Origin: Ferrithrix thermotolerans DSM 19514
GTDB taxonomy: Bacteria > Actinomycetota > Acidimicrobiia > Acidimicrobiales > CAIXPF01
Reading direction: 5' to 3'
Length of the DNA stretch: 64,000 nucleotides
NCBI GenBank assembly: GCA_945906305.1
Contig: CAMDQT010000003.1
Span: forward strand, 6,439-70,438
In this document: one piece after another, positions 9,813 to 22,234 of the stretch
Position numbering within the stretch: position 1 is the stretch's first letter
How the letters are laid out: each line of letters begins with the position of its first letter
Notes under the pieces: generated by a model
Seen by the model: only the letters and a program-made list of their open reading frames with translations
Database searches by the model: none
What the model was told of the DNA's origin: nothing
Translations under genes and position numbers: made by a program

Positions 9813-11450
9813 TCAGGCGTAGGTCGAGCCCTTCATGGCCCCGATGTCCTGACGCATCTCGACATTGATGCACGCGGCCTTACCCGACGCGAACGCCCGC
9901 TCGAGGGCCGGACGAATCTGATCGGGTGTGGTGACATATTCACCGTGACCACCCATGGCCTCAACGATCTTGTCGTAGCGGGTCATGTTCAGCTTGGTCG
10001 CCACGATGCGGTCCTCGCCGTAGACCATCGACTGTGGCCGCAGCATCTGGCCCCAGGCCGCATCGTTGCCGACAATGCCAACGATGGGCAGGCCGAAGCG
10101 GATGGCCGTGTCGAACTCGAACCCGTTGAGACCGAAGCTGCCATCGCCGTAGATGATGAGCACCCGACGATCAGGATGGGCCAACTGAGCGGCCAGACCG
10201 AAGGGCATGCCAACCCCGAGCGTGCCCAATGGACCCGGGTCCATCCAGCCGCCGTTCTTCGGCACCCTGAGGACCTTGGACGCCTGCGCCACGATGTCGC
10301 CACCGTCGCCGATCACGATCATCTCGTCGTCGACAAAGTCGGCGATCTCCTTGCAAAGCCGCAACGGGTCGATCGGAACCTCATTGGAAAGCAACGACGA
10401 AGCCAACTTGGCCTCGGCGGCGTCCTCCTCGATGCGTAGCTTGGCGGTGTACGCGCCATGATCGAGGGTCACGTTGCGAGCCGCGAGCACTTCGAGGAGC
10501 TGAATGAGGTTGGCCCCAAGGTTGCCCACCAAGCCCACATCGGCGGGCCGGTTCTGACCGATGAGCGTCTCGTCAAGATCGAGCTGAATGATCTTCGTGC
10601 CCGCGGGGATGGCACGGCCGAACTTCATGCGGAAGTCCAGAACCGTACCGGCCAGTACGACCACATCGGCATCGCGCAGAGCGGCGCCGCGGGTGCGATT
10701 GAAGAACAACGGATGGTCCATGGGGATGAGCCCTCGGGCCATCCCGTTGGTGTAGCAGGGGATTCCGGTGGACTCGACGAAGCGCACCAGTTGTGGGCCA
10801 CCTCGGGACCACTTCAGTGACGTTCCCGCCATCACCAGCGGGCGCTGCGCCCCAACGAGCATGTCCGCCGCTTCTTCCGCGGCCGAGCGAGGGGCGCTGT
10901 GAGCGACGCTGTAGTCGCGGAACCGGGGCATGATGGCCCGCTTCTCGTCCACCTGGGCGGCCAACACGTCCATGGGGATCTCGAGGAAGGACGGCCCGGG
11001 TATGCCCGAGAGGGCATGACGAACCGCCAACTCGACGTACTCGGCCACCCGGTGGGTCTCGTAGCAAGAATCGGCGTACTTCGTGATCGGCTTCATGAGC
11101 GCCACGTGGTCCATTTCCTGCAGCCCGCCACGGCGCAGGTTGTTGAACGGTGCTTGACCACCGAAGACCACGATGGGGCTGTTGGCACGCCACGCATTGG
11201 CCACGCCAGTGACCCCGTCGGTGACGCCGGGGCCGGCGGTGACGATGGCCACGCCCACCTTGCCCGGATGCAACCGAGCCCAGGCATCAGCCGCATGAAC
11301 CGCGGCCTGCTCGTGGCGGACATCGACCACCCGAATGCCCTCATCGAGGCAGCCGTCGTAGATCGCCATCACGTGACCACCCGAGAGCGTGAACACACAC
11401 TCCACGCCCGCTGCCTTCAGTGCCTTTGCGATCAGTTGTCCGCCATGCAT
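9813..11450 (-). CDS. thiamine-diphosphate-dependent enzyme (acetolactate synthase large subunit / oxalyl-CoA decarboxylase family)
   Basis: 545 aa. N-terminal Pyr domain ..VFTLSGGHVMAIYDG..RHEQAAVHAADAWARL..; C-terminal ThDP-binding motif IIYGDGSFGLNGFEFDT..VGNDAAWG. Confidence 0.85.
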   Translation of the reverse strand: MHGGQLIAKALKAAGVECVFTLSGGHVMAIYDGCLDEGIRVVDVRHEQAAVHAADAWARLHPGKVGVAIVTAGPGVTDGVTGVANAWRANSPIVVFGGQAPFNNLRRGGLQEMDHVALMKPITKYADSCYETHRVAEYVELAVRHALSGIPGPSFLEIPMDVLAAQVDEKRAIMPRFRDYSVAHSAPRSAAEEAADMLVGAQRPLVMAGTSLKWSRGGPQLVRFVESTGIPCYTNGMARGLIPMDHPLFFNRTRGAALRDADVVVLAGTVLDFRMKFGRAIPAGTKIIQLDLDETLIGQNRPADVGLVGNLGANLIQLLEVLAARNVTLDHGAYTAKLRIEEDAAEAKLASSLLSNEVPIDPLRLCKEIADFVDDEMIVIGDGGDIVAQASKVLRVPKNGGWMDPGPLGTLGVGMPFGLAAQLAHPDRRVLIIYGDGSFGLNGFEFDTAIRFGLPIVGIVGNDAAWGQMLRPQSMVYGEDRIVATKLNMTRYDKIVEAMGGHGEYVTTPDQIRPALERAFASGKAACINVEMRQDIGAMKGSTYA

Positions 11451-11491
11451 TGCCTGACCCTAGCGGTCCCAGGCCGCGGTGACGACGCCGC

Positions 11492-13096
11492 TCAGGGACA
11501 GTGGCTGATGGCCACCGCCAGACGATGATCCTGCGCCGCTGGTGGTGGGAGCACGGCGACACCCTGCGTCGCCGCAACCTGGGCGAGGTCGTCGAGTTCC
11601 TCCGCGCTGTACTGCCCGACGAAATCGACGGCTGCACACCGGGCACGCGCATAGGAAAGGCCTCGGTCGCGATGCAGCGCACGGATGGTCTGCATCGCCA
11701 GACGCGGTGCCACCACCGGGCCCATCACCTCGCGCGGCAGCGCTGAAGGCGCGTCAATGCCTGGGTCACAGCCCAGGAGGACAAGTTGGTCACCGACCAG
11801 GGTCATCTCGCGACGAGACCCCGGTACGGCCGCGGCCACCCAGAGTGCGAGGGCGCTTCGCATCTCCACCAGATCAATCCCGCTGTCGCCGCGGAAGACC
11901 AGACGCACGCACGTCGTGCCACGGATGCTCATCACCATGACATGGTCACCGCCCCAGCCATAGGCCGCCCGCAAGGCCGTCCCGGCATCGGTGACCTGGG
12001 CCAGCATCAGGTACCACGTGACAGGCCCCAACGGGCCCTGGCGCAAGATGACCGCATCCGCTTCAGGGGGTGGGACGGCGACGGTCAGCACCGAGCCGCG
12101 GCCCCGGTACTGGCTCGGGTCGAACAGCGCCTCCTCCGACAGCGGCGGATAGCTGAAGGCCCGGTCGACCGCCTGGGGGCCGTCGAGATCGATGATGGTG
12201 TCCACCATCGGTTCGGCGAGAAGGGCAACGGTCAACTCAACCATGAGCGCCGCGGCCAGCCCTTGGTCCGCAGCGTCCCCGAGCCGTGGTGCCGCCGCCG
12301 GCGCGCCGGCGGATTCTTCGATGCGATAACGACGCTCAGTGCGTAGGGCTTCACCCTGGGCCAGCGCCTGGAATACCGAAGGTGCAGAGGCGCGTGTCTC
12401 CCCCTCGACAAGGCCGGTGTACTGGTCGCGCAGGGCGTAGGTCAGCGTACGCACGAGCGACGCCCGCCATGACGGGTCGGGGTCACCTTCAGCCTGCGGG
12501 CTCAGTGCGGCAAGGCGCTTCGTGGCCGGGTTGTAGACGGAGAACGGAACGTCGCGGTCACTGCTCGTCCACGAGAGGTCACCACCGAACAACCCCAGCG
12601 CCCGCAATTCCGCTGCTCTGGTGACGGCACCCTGACCGGCGGCATCGACATCGGGTCCATCGATCCCTGCGGCGCGGGTCATCTCGTGCGGCGTCAGGAT
12701 GTCGAGGTAGACCGGAAAACGGAAGCTCTGACCACGGTCGGCTTCGACAAAGGCGACGAGATTGACCAGACGTTCGTCCCAGTCTTGGGGGTGGTCGGAC
12801 CAGGCCACTTCCTGCCGCTGGAACACCTGCGACGCTCCGAACGACACCAAGCCAACCACGGCCGTCGCTACCGCCACGAGGAACAACACCCGGCCGCGAG
12901 GGCGAGGCGAGGGCAGAGGCGCCAACAACACCGCGGGCGGAGGTGGCAGTCGGGGCGAGGACCCCCTCTCCGGTAGGGGCAGCACCAAGGGCGCTTCGTC
13001 GGGTACAACCCTCACCGTGGGCCCGGAGAGCACGAACGGGCTGATTGATGTCGTCAGGTCTGCCGGAGCGCAGGTGGGACGAGAACGACTCCTCAC
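11492..13096 (-). CDS. hypothetical membrane-anchored protein (Pro-rich N-terminus, one TM, large extracytoplasmic domain)
   Basis: Long ORF in the local coding frame. Single hydrophobic segment VLFLVAVATAVVGLVSFGA after a Pro/Arg-rich N-terminus. I recognise no family motif. Start codon uncertain. Confidence 0.5.
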   Translation of the reverse strand: MRSRSRPTCAPADLTTSISPFVLSGPTVRVVPDEAPLVLPLPERGSSPRLPPPPAVLLAPLPSPRPRGRVLFLVAVATAVVGLVSFGASQVFQRQEVAWSDHPQDWDERLVNLVAFVEADRGQSFRFPVYLDILTPHEMTRAAGIDGPDVDAAGQGAVTRAAELRALGLFGGDLSWTSSDRDVPFSVYNPATKRLAALSPQAEGDPDPSWRASLVRTLTYALRDQYTGLVEGETRASAPSVFQALAQGEALRTERRYRIEESAGAPAAAPRLGDAADQGLAAALMVELTVALLAEPMVDTIIDLDGPQAVDRAFSYPPLSEEALFDPSQYRGRGSVLTVAVPPPEADAVILRQGPLGPVTWYLMLAQVTDAGTALRAAYGWGGDHVMVMSIRGTTCVRLVFRGDSGIDLVEMRSALALWVAAAVPGSRREMTLVGDQLVLLGCDPGIDAPSALPREVMGPVVAPRLAMQTIRALHRDRGLSYARARCAAVDFVGQYSAEELDDLAQVAATQGVAVLPPPAAQDHRLAVAISHCP

Positions 13097-13219
13097 TCCT
13101 CCATGAGTAGCAGTTCAACCACTCTCTGTGTTCAAGCCGATGGTCCCAGTCCGGCCGCCGCCCGGGTGCCGCAGCCAGAAGCTGGCCCCCAGGCTTCATC
13201 GGCTGGGAAAGTGGTACCC

Positions 13220-13999
13220 ATGAACCCCCCGCGCGCCAATCCAGACTTGCTCGAAGAAGCGGTAGAACTCGCATGGGGCGCGGGCGAATTGACCCTGCGC
13301 TGGTTCGGAGCAGATGACCTCGAAGTCCAGACCAAGTCCGACGCCACGCCAGTCACCATCGCTGATCGACAAGCGGAGGAGCACGTGCGCTCCGAGTTGG
13401 CCCGGCGACACCCCAACGATGGGATCATCGGGGAAGAGGACGGTGTCCGGGAGGGATCAAGCGGCCGACGCTGGGTGGTTGACCCCATCGACGGGACGTA
13501 CGGGTTCATCCACGGCGTCCCGCTGTACTGCACCCTGCTGGCGGTCCTCGACGAGCACGGCCCCCTCGTTGGAGTCATCCACCTACCTGCTCTGGGCGAA
13601 ACGGTGTATGCCGGACGTGGTCTGGGGTGCTTCCATCATCGCCGCGGGCTGGCACTCCAACCGGCCAGAGTCAACACCCACCCGACCCTGGCCGGTTCGG
13701 CCATCATGACCAGCGGCATCGGCAACTGGCCGCCCGGCAGGCTCGACCGTCTTCACCACGCGGGAGTGAAGGTCCGCACCTGGGGAGATGGGTACGGTTA
13801 CGCCTTGGTGGCCACTGGCCGGGTGGAGGCCATGGTCGATCCCGAGATGTCGGTCTGGGACCGAGCGCCGCTGCCGGTCATCATGACCGAAGCCGGTGGC
13901 CGCTTCAGCACCGTGGACGGTCGAGACGACCTCTGGGGTGGAAGTGGCGTGGCCAGCAACGGTCGCCTCCATGACGACTTGCTCGCCTTGTTGGCCTGA
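13220..13999 (+). CDS. inositol monophosphatase family protein (possible histidinol-phosphatase HisN-type)
   Basis: ORF 13103..13999. IMPase motifs IIGEEDG, WVVDPIDGTYGF and WDRAPLPVIMTEAGG. ATG 13220 (MNPPRANPDLLEEAVELAW) fits the family N-terminus. Confidence 0.8.
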   Translation: MNPPRANPDLLEEAVELAWGAGELTLRWFGADDLEVQTKSDATPVTIADRQAEEHVRSELARRHPNDGIIGEEDGVREGSSGRRWVVDPIDGTYGFIHGVPLYCTLLAVLDEHGPLVGVIHLPALGETVYAGRGLGCFHHRRGLALQPARVNTHPTLAGSAIMTSGIGNWPPGRLDRLHHAGVKVRTWGDGYGYALVATGRVEAMVDPEMSVWDRAPLPVIMTEAGGRFSTVDGRDDLWGGSGVASNGRLHDDLLALLA

Positions 14000-14059
14000 A
14001 CCATTTCGCCGCCACCGTGCGAGCGCCCTTGGCGCGCTTCAGCGACAGCGGGAACTACC

Positions 14060-14797
14060 GTGCCAGGGATGGACAACCGCACCTTGTTGAGCTGGGTCGG
14101 CGCCGACGGCGCCCGCCTGGGGGCCACTCCTACCGGCAGTCTGGGGTTACCTGTGCCCAGTTGCCCAGCCTGGACCGTCGCCGAGCTCATCGGCCATACC
14201 GGATGGGTCCATCGCTGGGTAACTGCCACCCTGTCCGCCGGTCCGCAGGACCCCCCGAATCGGAATTCAATCGAAAAGGCCCCGAAGGATGACACGGTGC
14301 TGGGCTGGTATGCCCAGTCCCTCGGCGCGTTGATCGACGCCTGCAACCATGCCGACCTTGATCAGACCTACCAGACCTTCATCGGGCCGCGTCGGGGTCA
14401 CTGGTGGGTTCGACGGATGGCCCACGAGACTTCAATCCACCGTTGGGATGCGCAGAACGCCGTCGGATCCGTCGACCCGATCGACGCCGAACTGGCCGTG
14501 GACGGCATCGACGAGGCGCTCGAAACCTACGTTGCCAACCGTTTCAACGGTGAGCAGTTTGGATCGGCTGGCCAAACCCTGCACCTGCACGCCACCGACG
14601 CTGAGGGCGAGTGGATGTTGACCATGCAGCCCGGCGGAATCGAAACGATTCGCGGCCACGCAAAGGGCGATGCCGCGGTCCGGGGTCGAGCCGAGGACCT
14701 CCTGCTTTTCGTGATGAGCCGTCGGCCAGCGTCCGAACTCGACGTGTTCGGCGAGGTCGACTTACCGGCCAGATGGCAGGCCGCTGCCAACTTCTAA
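14060..14797 (+). CDS. maleylpyruvate isomerase-family mycothiol-dependent enzyme (DinB-like fold)
   Basis: N-terminal ..PSCPAWTVAELIGHTGWVHRWV.. and ..RRMAHETSIHRWDA.. match the DinB/MDMPI N-terminal His-motif pattern of the actinobacterial uncharacterised family. Confidence 0.7.
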   Translation: MPGMDNRTLLSWVGADGARLGATPTGSLGLPVPSCPAWTVAELIGHTGWVHRWVTATLSAGPQDPPNRNSIEKAPKDDTVLGWYAQSLGALIDACNHADLDQTYQTFIGPRRGHWWVRRMAHETSIHRWDAQNAVGSVDPIDAELAVDGIDEALETYVANRFNGEQFGSAGQTLHLHATDAEGEWMLTMQPGGIETIRGHAKGDAAVRGRAEDLLLFVMSRRPASELDVFGEVDLPARWQAAANF

Positions 14798-14826
14798 ATC
14801 CTGGTCACCTCCGCTGCGGCGAATGG

Positions 14827-15846
14827 TCATGCAGCACCCTCGAACACCGACGCCACCACCCCGAGGGTCGCCAGCGCGGTCAGCGTCGCCAGTGGATCGA
14901 CCACTTCGGACAGGCCGTAGGCCCGACCAACTGGAAGGGCACCATCGAGCAGGCCTGCGGCCACCACCGCGGCCATGCTTCCCGCCACCCGCCCAGGGTG
15001 GTCGGCGGCACCGTAGACCATCACCTCGGCGACGCCGGCGCGCTCACCCCAAACCTCGACCCGAAGTCCACCCGGCCCGCCATCAGGATGGGGTGCTCGC
15101 ATCATGGGCAGCCACCTCGTCAACCGGTCACGTCGGGTCGCGGCCACCCTGGCCGACAGCCGCTGGCTGCGGCGGAAGCTCCTCTGCAGCAGGATCGGTT
15201 CCGATAACGCAGCCCGATAACAGTCCAGTGCGCCGATCGGTTCGGGAAACCAGGCCAATCGACGCCCCGAGCCTCCCTTCATCTGCATCCAGCCGCCGTT
15301 GCGCCACTCCAAACTCGACTCCCCCAAGCTCCGATGGTGCTGCCGGGCGCAATCTGGCCCCCCCGTTCCGGACCTAGCCACCGAAATCTCGTGGACCTCG
15401 TCGAACAGCGACGCGGCGTGCCGTGCCAGCACACAGCTCATGCCGGGTGAGAAGCCGGCGCCCACCACTACTGCCCGGTTCACCGATCGCGCCACTGCGT
15501 CGAGTGCCAGCAGGGCCTTCACATCGCCGATCGAATCACCGATGGACACCACGTGCGCCCCGCTGCTCAGCGCAACTTCGGCCAGGCCGAGATGTTGACC
15601 AGCAGGTACGCACAGCAGAACGACACTGGCCGGCGCGTCCAACGCGGTCAGCGATTCCACCACCACCGTCTGTTCGCCCAGGATCGAGGCCATGGACGCG
15701 GCGGTGTCACGGTCGTGGTCAATTAGGGCAAGCGGCACACCTGGCCGCAGCCGGCGCAACGCCTGGGCCGCGTGGGCGCCGGAATTTCCCACCCCAACAA
15801 TGGCGATGACCACGGACCCGCACCTCCTTCGATACCCAGCGAGCAT
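14827..15846 (-). CDS. NAD(P)-binding protein, saccharopine dehydrogenase-like
   Basis: N-terminal Rossmann-type VVIAIVGVGNSGAHAAQAL. 339 aa. The functional call is weak. Confidence 0.45.
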   Translation of the reverse strand: MLAGYRRRCGSVVIAIVGVGNSGAHAAQALRRLRPGVPLALIDHDRDTAASMASILGEQTVVVESLTALDAPASVVLLCVPAGQHLGLAEVALSSGAHVVSIGDSIGDVKALLALDAVARSVNRAVVVGAGFSPGMSCVLARHAASLFDEVHEISVARSGTGGPDCARQHHRSLGESSLEWRNGGWMQMKGGSGRRLAWFPEPIGALDCYRAALSEPILLQRSFRRSQRLSARVAATRRDRLTRWLPMMRAPHPDGGPGGLRVEVWGERAGVAEVMVYGAADHPGRVAGSMAAVVAAGLLDGALPVGRAYGLSEVVDPLATLTALATLGVVASVFEGAA

Positions 15847-15938
15847 CAGGTCCGAGCAAGGCTCCTACCGCAAGCCGGGCCCGGCAAGGTGCCGCCATCC
15901 GCCATGGCGCAGCGGCACCGGCGGCGGCTTAGTGAACC

Positions 15939-15989
15939 TGATCGCCCCCGCTGTTGCAACGGCGATCACCAGGGCGAATCCGATTCGCC
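15939..15989 (-). terminator. two stem-loops downstream of tRNA-Ile (possible U-tract-less terminators)
   Basis: TGATCGCC-N14-GGCGATCA (15939-15968) and GGCGAAT-CCG-ATTCGCC (15973-15989), read directly. No U tract, so function is uncertain. Confidence 0.25.
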
Positions 15990-16009
15990 GAAATAGGCCA
16001 ATCATGGTG

Positions 16010-16083
<74 letters not shown>

Positions 16084-16174
16084 GGGTTGTGCACACTGCC
16101 GTCACCGGCAGCGTTCGGGCAGGAGATTGTAGGCACAGCCGCCCGGGTACATTCCAGCCGGACCGCAAGACACC

Positions 16175-16888
16175 TCAAAGACGGGTACGCCGGGCGGGTG
16201 CGGGCCGGGCCGTCTCCAACTCGACCACGGACACTCGAATACCACCGGTGAGGTCGCTTATGAGGTTGAAAAGCGCCCCTCCGACCAAAGTGACCAGGGT
16301 CAGAACGAGCACCCCGACCATGCCCCCGAGCACCCCAATGCGGAAGATTTGCCGACCCTCAAGATGAAAGCTGTCGAAAAGGAAGATCTCTCCGACAAAG
16401 CCTTCGATACTGCTGACTGCCCCGCTCCTTTGGAACATCGACCAGATCATCACCCCCGCCACCACCCCCACCAGGAGCATGCAGGTATAGAACAACAAGG
16501 ACACCTTGACCAGCGAGTACAGCTCGATGTGGCGTACCAGTCTCCCGACTTTGCGGGCCTGCAACCGACGGGCGGCACGAACCTGATATCGCCGCGGGGC
16601 CGGCACAAACGCCGCCGACAACGACTCGACAGCGTCGGAATCAGGCGCTGGCCTGGGCACAGCCTGCGATCTCCTCGCCCCTGCACCTGACTTCGGAACC
16701 GGGGGTTCGCCGTCGAAAACCGCCTCGATGGACAATTCACGCGTCGGTCGATCATCAACGGGGTTCGTGCTCTCGAATGGACCAACCAGGTCATCCTGAT
16801 TGGTCACGTCGGTATCCGCCTGGCGGATTCGAATGGCGCGGTGGTCAGCAACGCCTTCGGCGCGTCGAAACCCGGGTAGAGGACACAA
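16175..16888 (-). CDS. DUF3566-type conserved actinobacterial membrane protein (Rv0007-like position downstream of gyrA)
   Basis: C-terminal ..VRHIELYSLVKVSLLFYTCMLLVGVVAGVMIW..GGMVGVLVLTLVTLVGGALFNLISDLTGGIRVSVVE matches the DUF3566 two-TM module. It sits between gyrA and tRNA-Ile, as in mycobacteria. Confidence 0.75.
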   Translation of the reverse strand: MCPLPGFRRAEGVADHRAIRIRQADTDVTNQDDLVGPFESTNPVDDRPTRELSIEAVFDGEPPVPKSGAGARRSQAVPRPAPDSDAVESLSAAFVPAPRRYQVRAARRLQARKVGRLVRHIELYSLVKVSLLFYTCMLLVGVVAGVMIWSMFQRSGAVSSIEGFVGEIFLFDSFHLEGRQIFRIGVLGGMVGVLVLTLVTLVGGALFNLISDLTGGIRVSVVELETARPAPARRTRL

Positions 16889-17013
16889 GATGCGCGGTCC
16901 AAACCGGAAGGCTCAACCCCTTCCGGCACAGCACTGACCGCGGCGGCGGTCGATTCGGTCACCTTCTCAGTGTACGAGACCGTAACGCCAGGGTCGGGAT
17001 TCGACATGCGGCC

Positions 17014-17406
17014 CTACTGCCCCGGGGGCGGTCTACCTTGGACCAGGGCGGCCGTGCTTGTTGCTCGATGGCCCGCCCAGAGCACCGTCAAGTTGGCCCA
17101 ACCGGGCTCCAACTCAATGGACAGCACCTCGGCACCATTGGCCTCAGCAACCATTGAAGCCGCCCGAGCGCCATCGAGCACGGCCGCGAGTGCGGCCGCG
17201 TCGGCGGCCGCGTCAGCATGCGCTTGACCAATGAGCTCCGCCGCGATCCGCGCCAGGCCAAGTAAAACCGCGACCACCACGGCCAGCGCGCCCAAAATAA
17301 CCAAGGTTGCCTGACCCTCTGACCGATCATCGTGACGGACCCGCCCTGTACACCTCAGGTCGGGCGGCACACCTACAAGGTTTGTAGTCACGACACAACA
17401 ATCCAA
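17014..17406 (-). CDS. TadE-like (Rv3654c-family, Flp/Tad pilus-associated) small membrane protein; start uncertain
   Basis: ..DDRSEGQATLVILGALAVVVAVLLGLARIAAELIGQAHADAAADAAALAAVLDG..ARAASMVAEANGAEVLSIELE.. follows the family pattern: DxRG-type segment, TM helix, R/H-AQ-AAADLAALAAA, then NGA. Possible starts are TTG 17406 or internal GTGs. Confidence 0.55.
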   Translation of the reverse strand: MDCCVVTTNLVGVPPDLRCTGRVRHDDRSEGQATLVILGALAVVVAVLLGLARIAAELIGQAHADAAADAAALAAVLDGARAASMVAEANGAEVLSIELEPGWANLTVLWAGHRATSTAALVQGRPPPGQ

Positions 17407-17468
17407 AGATCGATCCGTTGCCCGAGGGGAAGTCGTTTTTGGCCCCGCCGAGGCGCAAGCGCCAACGG

Positions 17469-20011
17469 TTATTGATCGAGCGCTGGCCCGTCAGCTTCGA
17501 TCGGCTCATCGCCATCAGCGGTGTCCTCGGCCTGCAGCACCAGGGCCACCGCCGCCACCTGTTCATCGTCACCGACGTTCATGATGCGCACGCCGGTGGC
17601 GTCACGACTCTGCAGTGAAATCTCAGCAACCGCGGTCCGAATGGTCACGCCACCAGAGGAAACGATCAATACGTCGTCATCCGCTCCAACCATCATGGCG
17701 GCGGCGACACCACCGCGCAGTTCAGTCGTGCGGATACCGCGCACACCTTGATTACCCCGCCCAATGCGGCGGAACTCGTCGAGGGCCGTGCGCTTCCCAT
17801 AGCCGGCGTTGGTGACAATCAGTAGATCAGCACCGGGGCGAACCACATCACAGGACACCACTTCGTCATCTCTGCGGAGGCGCATGCCTCGAACCCCGGC
17901 GGCCGCTCGACCCATGGGCCGGACTTCGTCCTCGTTGAAGCGAATCGCCTGGCCGGACCGACTGACGATGACCATGTCATCGTCGCCATTGGTGGGAAGG
18001 ACCCGTACCAACTCGTCCCCGTCGCGCAGGTCCAGAGCGATGATGCCTCGACGCAACGAAGAGTCGTACTCGGTGAATCGGGTCTTCTTCACCGTGCCCT
18101 TGCGGGTGGCGAAGAACAGGTAACGGTTGGTTTCGTAGTCACGCGTGTCGATCACGGCCTGAACGCGTTCCCCGGCTTGCAACTCCAGCAGATTCACGAT
18201 GGGGATGCCTCTGGCCGTGCGCTCGCGCTCAGGTACTTCATGGGCCCGCAAACGGTAAACCCGGCCGACGTTGGTGAAGAACAGTAGGTAGGCATGCGCT
18301 GAGGTATGCAGGATCGTCGTGACGACATCCTCATCACGCAACCGGGTTCCCGAGATGCCTCGACCCCCGCGACCCTGGGTGCGGAAAACCTGAGCCTCGA
18401 CGGACTTGATGTATCCGGCGCCGGTCATCGTGACGACCAGTTCTTTGTCGTCGACGAGGTCCTCGATGGCCATCTCACCGGGATCGACCACCAAACGGGC
18501 CTTGCGCGGCGTCGCGAACTCCGCCCGAATTGCCGCCAACTCGTCCTTGATGACGGCTCGAAGCATTACCTCATCGGCCAGGATCGCCTCGAGTCCGGCG
18601 ATCTCCACCAGCTTCTGAGCCAATTCAGCGTCGAGATCAGCCCGCGACAATCGCGTCAGCTGCGACAGACGCATATCCATGATGTCCTCGGACTGAATCT
18701 CGCTGAAGCTGAACGGCTCGACCTGCAAGGCCAAACGAGCTGCTCCACGATCCTCCGACCCACGGATCAACGTGATGATCGTGTCGATCATGTCCAGGGC
18801 GCGGATTCGCCCCTCGAGAACGTGGGCCCGGGCCCGGGCCTTGTCGACCCGGTATTGGCTCCGGCGGCGAAGGACCTCAATCTGATGGGCAACGTAGGCC
18901 TGAAGGATCGACGCCAAATTAAGGGTGCGAGGCACACCATCGACCAGCGCCACCATGTTCACGCCGAAGCTGGTCTGCAGTTGGGTATGCTTGTACAGGT
19001 TGTTCAGCACCACGTTCGCATTTGCGTCCCGCTTCAACTCGATGACCAGTCGGGTGTTCACACCCGAGGACTCGTCGTTGATGTCACGGATCCCATCGAG
19101 TTCCCGAGCGTCGACCAGTTCCTTGATCCGTACGGCAATGGCCCCGGTGGAGGTCTGATAGGGAAGCGCGGTCACGGTGATCTGCATGCCTCGACGCGTT
19201 TCTTCGATCTCGCAATCGGCACGCATGCGGATCGATCCCCGACCAGTTCGATAGGCATCAAGGATGCCGGAACGGCCGAGAATCTGTGCTCCGGTGGGAA
19301 AGTCCGGTCCTTTGACGAACTGCATCAGCTCGTCTGAAGTTGCCTCCGGATGATCGATCAAATGCACGGTGGCATCGATCACCTCGCCCAGGTTGTGGGG
19401 CGGGATGTTGGTCGCCATACCGACCGCTATGCCCTGACAACCGTTCACCAACAGGTTCGGGAACCGGGCCGGCAGAACAACAGGCTCTACGTCCTTGCCG
19501 TCGTAGTTCGGCGTCAAGTCGACGGTGTTCTCATCAATGCCGTCGAGTAGTCGCATGGCAAGGGGCGATAGCCGACATTCGGTGTATCTGGCCGCCGCCG
19601 GTCCGAACTCGGGCGAGCCGTAGTTCCCGTGGAAGTCAATCAGTGGATCCCGAAGCGAGAACGGCTGCGCCATGCGCACCAAGGCGTCGTAAATGGCAGA
19701 GTCACCGTGGGGATGGAACTTCGCCATCACGTCGCCCACGACTCGGGCGCATTTCACATGACCCCGGTTCGGGGTGAAGCCCTCGCTGATCATGCTCCAC
19801 AGGATGCGCCGATGAACCGGTTTCAATCCGTCACGGGCGTCAGGCAAGGCCCGCGACATGATGACGGACATGGCGTACTCCAGAAAGGAGCGCTCCATTT
19901 CGTCCTGTATTTCGATGAGCTGAACCGCGACGCGTTCGCCATCGTCCAGGTCAGCGGCACCAGGCTCTGCGAGTGCGTCATTCGGTTCTTCAGCGGGCGG
20001 TAGGTCCGTCA

Positions 20012-20012
<1 letters not shown>
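17469..20012 (-). CDS. gyrA: DNA gyrase subunit A
   Basis: 847 aa. ..HPHGDSAIYDALVRMAQPFSLR.., active-site AAARYTECRL, GIAVGMATNIPPHNL and C-terminal beta-pinwheel repeats. The ATG overlaps the gyrB stop by 1 nt (TGATG). Confidence 0.97.
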
Positions 20013-21994
<1,982 letters not shown>

Positions 21995-22234
21995 TCACCT
22001 TCGCTCGACGGCCTCCGCCGCAGCGGTGAACCCGACGTACCGGAGCAGTTGCCTCCTAGCGAGCGAACCCACCACGAGCCGTGTCACTGCAGGCCTTCCA
22101 ACTGCGGAAATCGAGGTTGGATGGCTACCGCTCGTCGACCGAGCGAACCGTTCGCTGCCTCACTCATCCTACCAGTGCCAAACCTCTGAACCGGGGTCAC
22201 GGACGAGGTGGGGTTGCGGTGAAGCGACTGGATC

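Noticed and set aside
18306-19337. 343-aa plus-strand ORF inside gyrA
   Set aside because: It is antisense to a fully conserved gyrA reading frame and has no recognisable motifs, so I treat it as a GC-rich shadow ORF. The same reasoning applies to 41704-43212 (antisense to ponA), 53637-54845 (antisense to citE/moxR), 56537-57388, 58864-59676 and 60645-61382.
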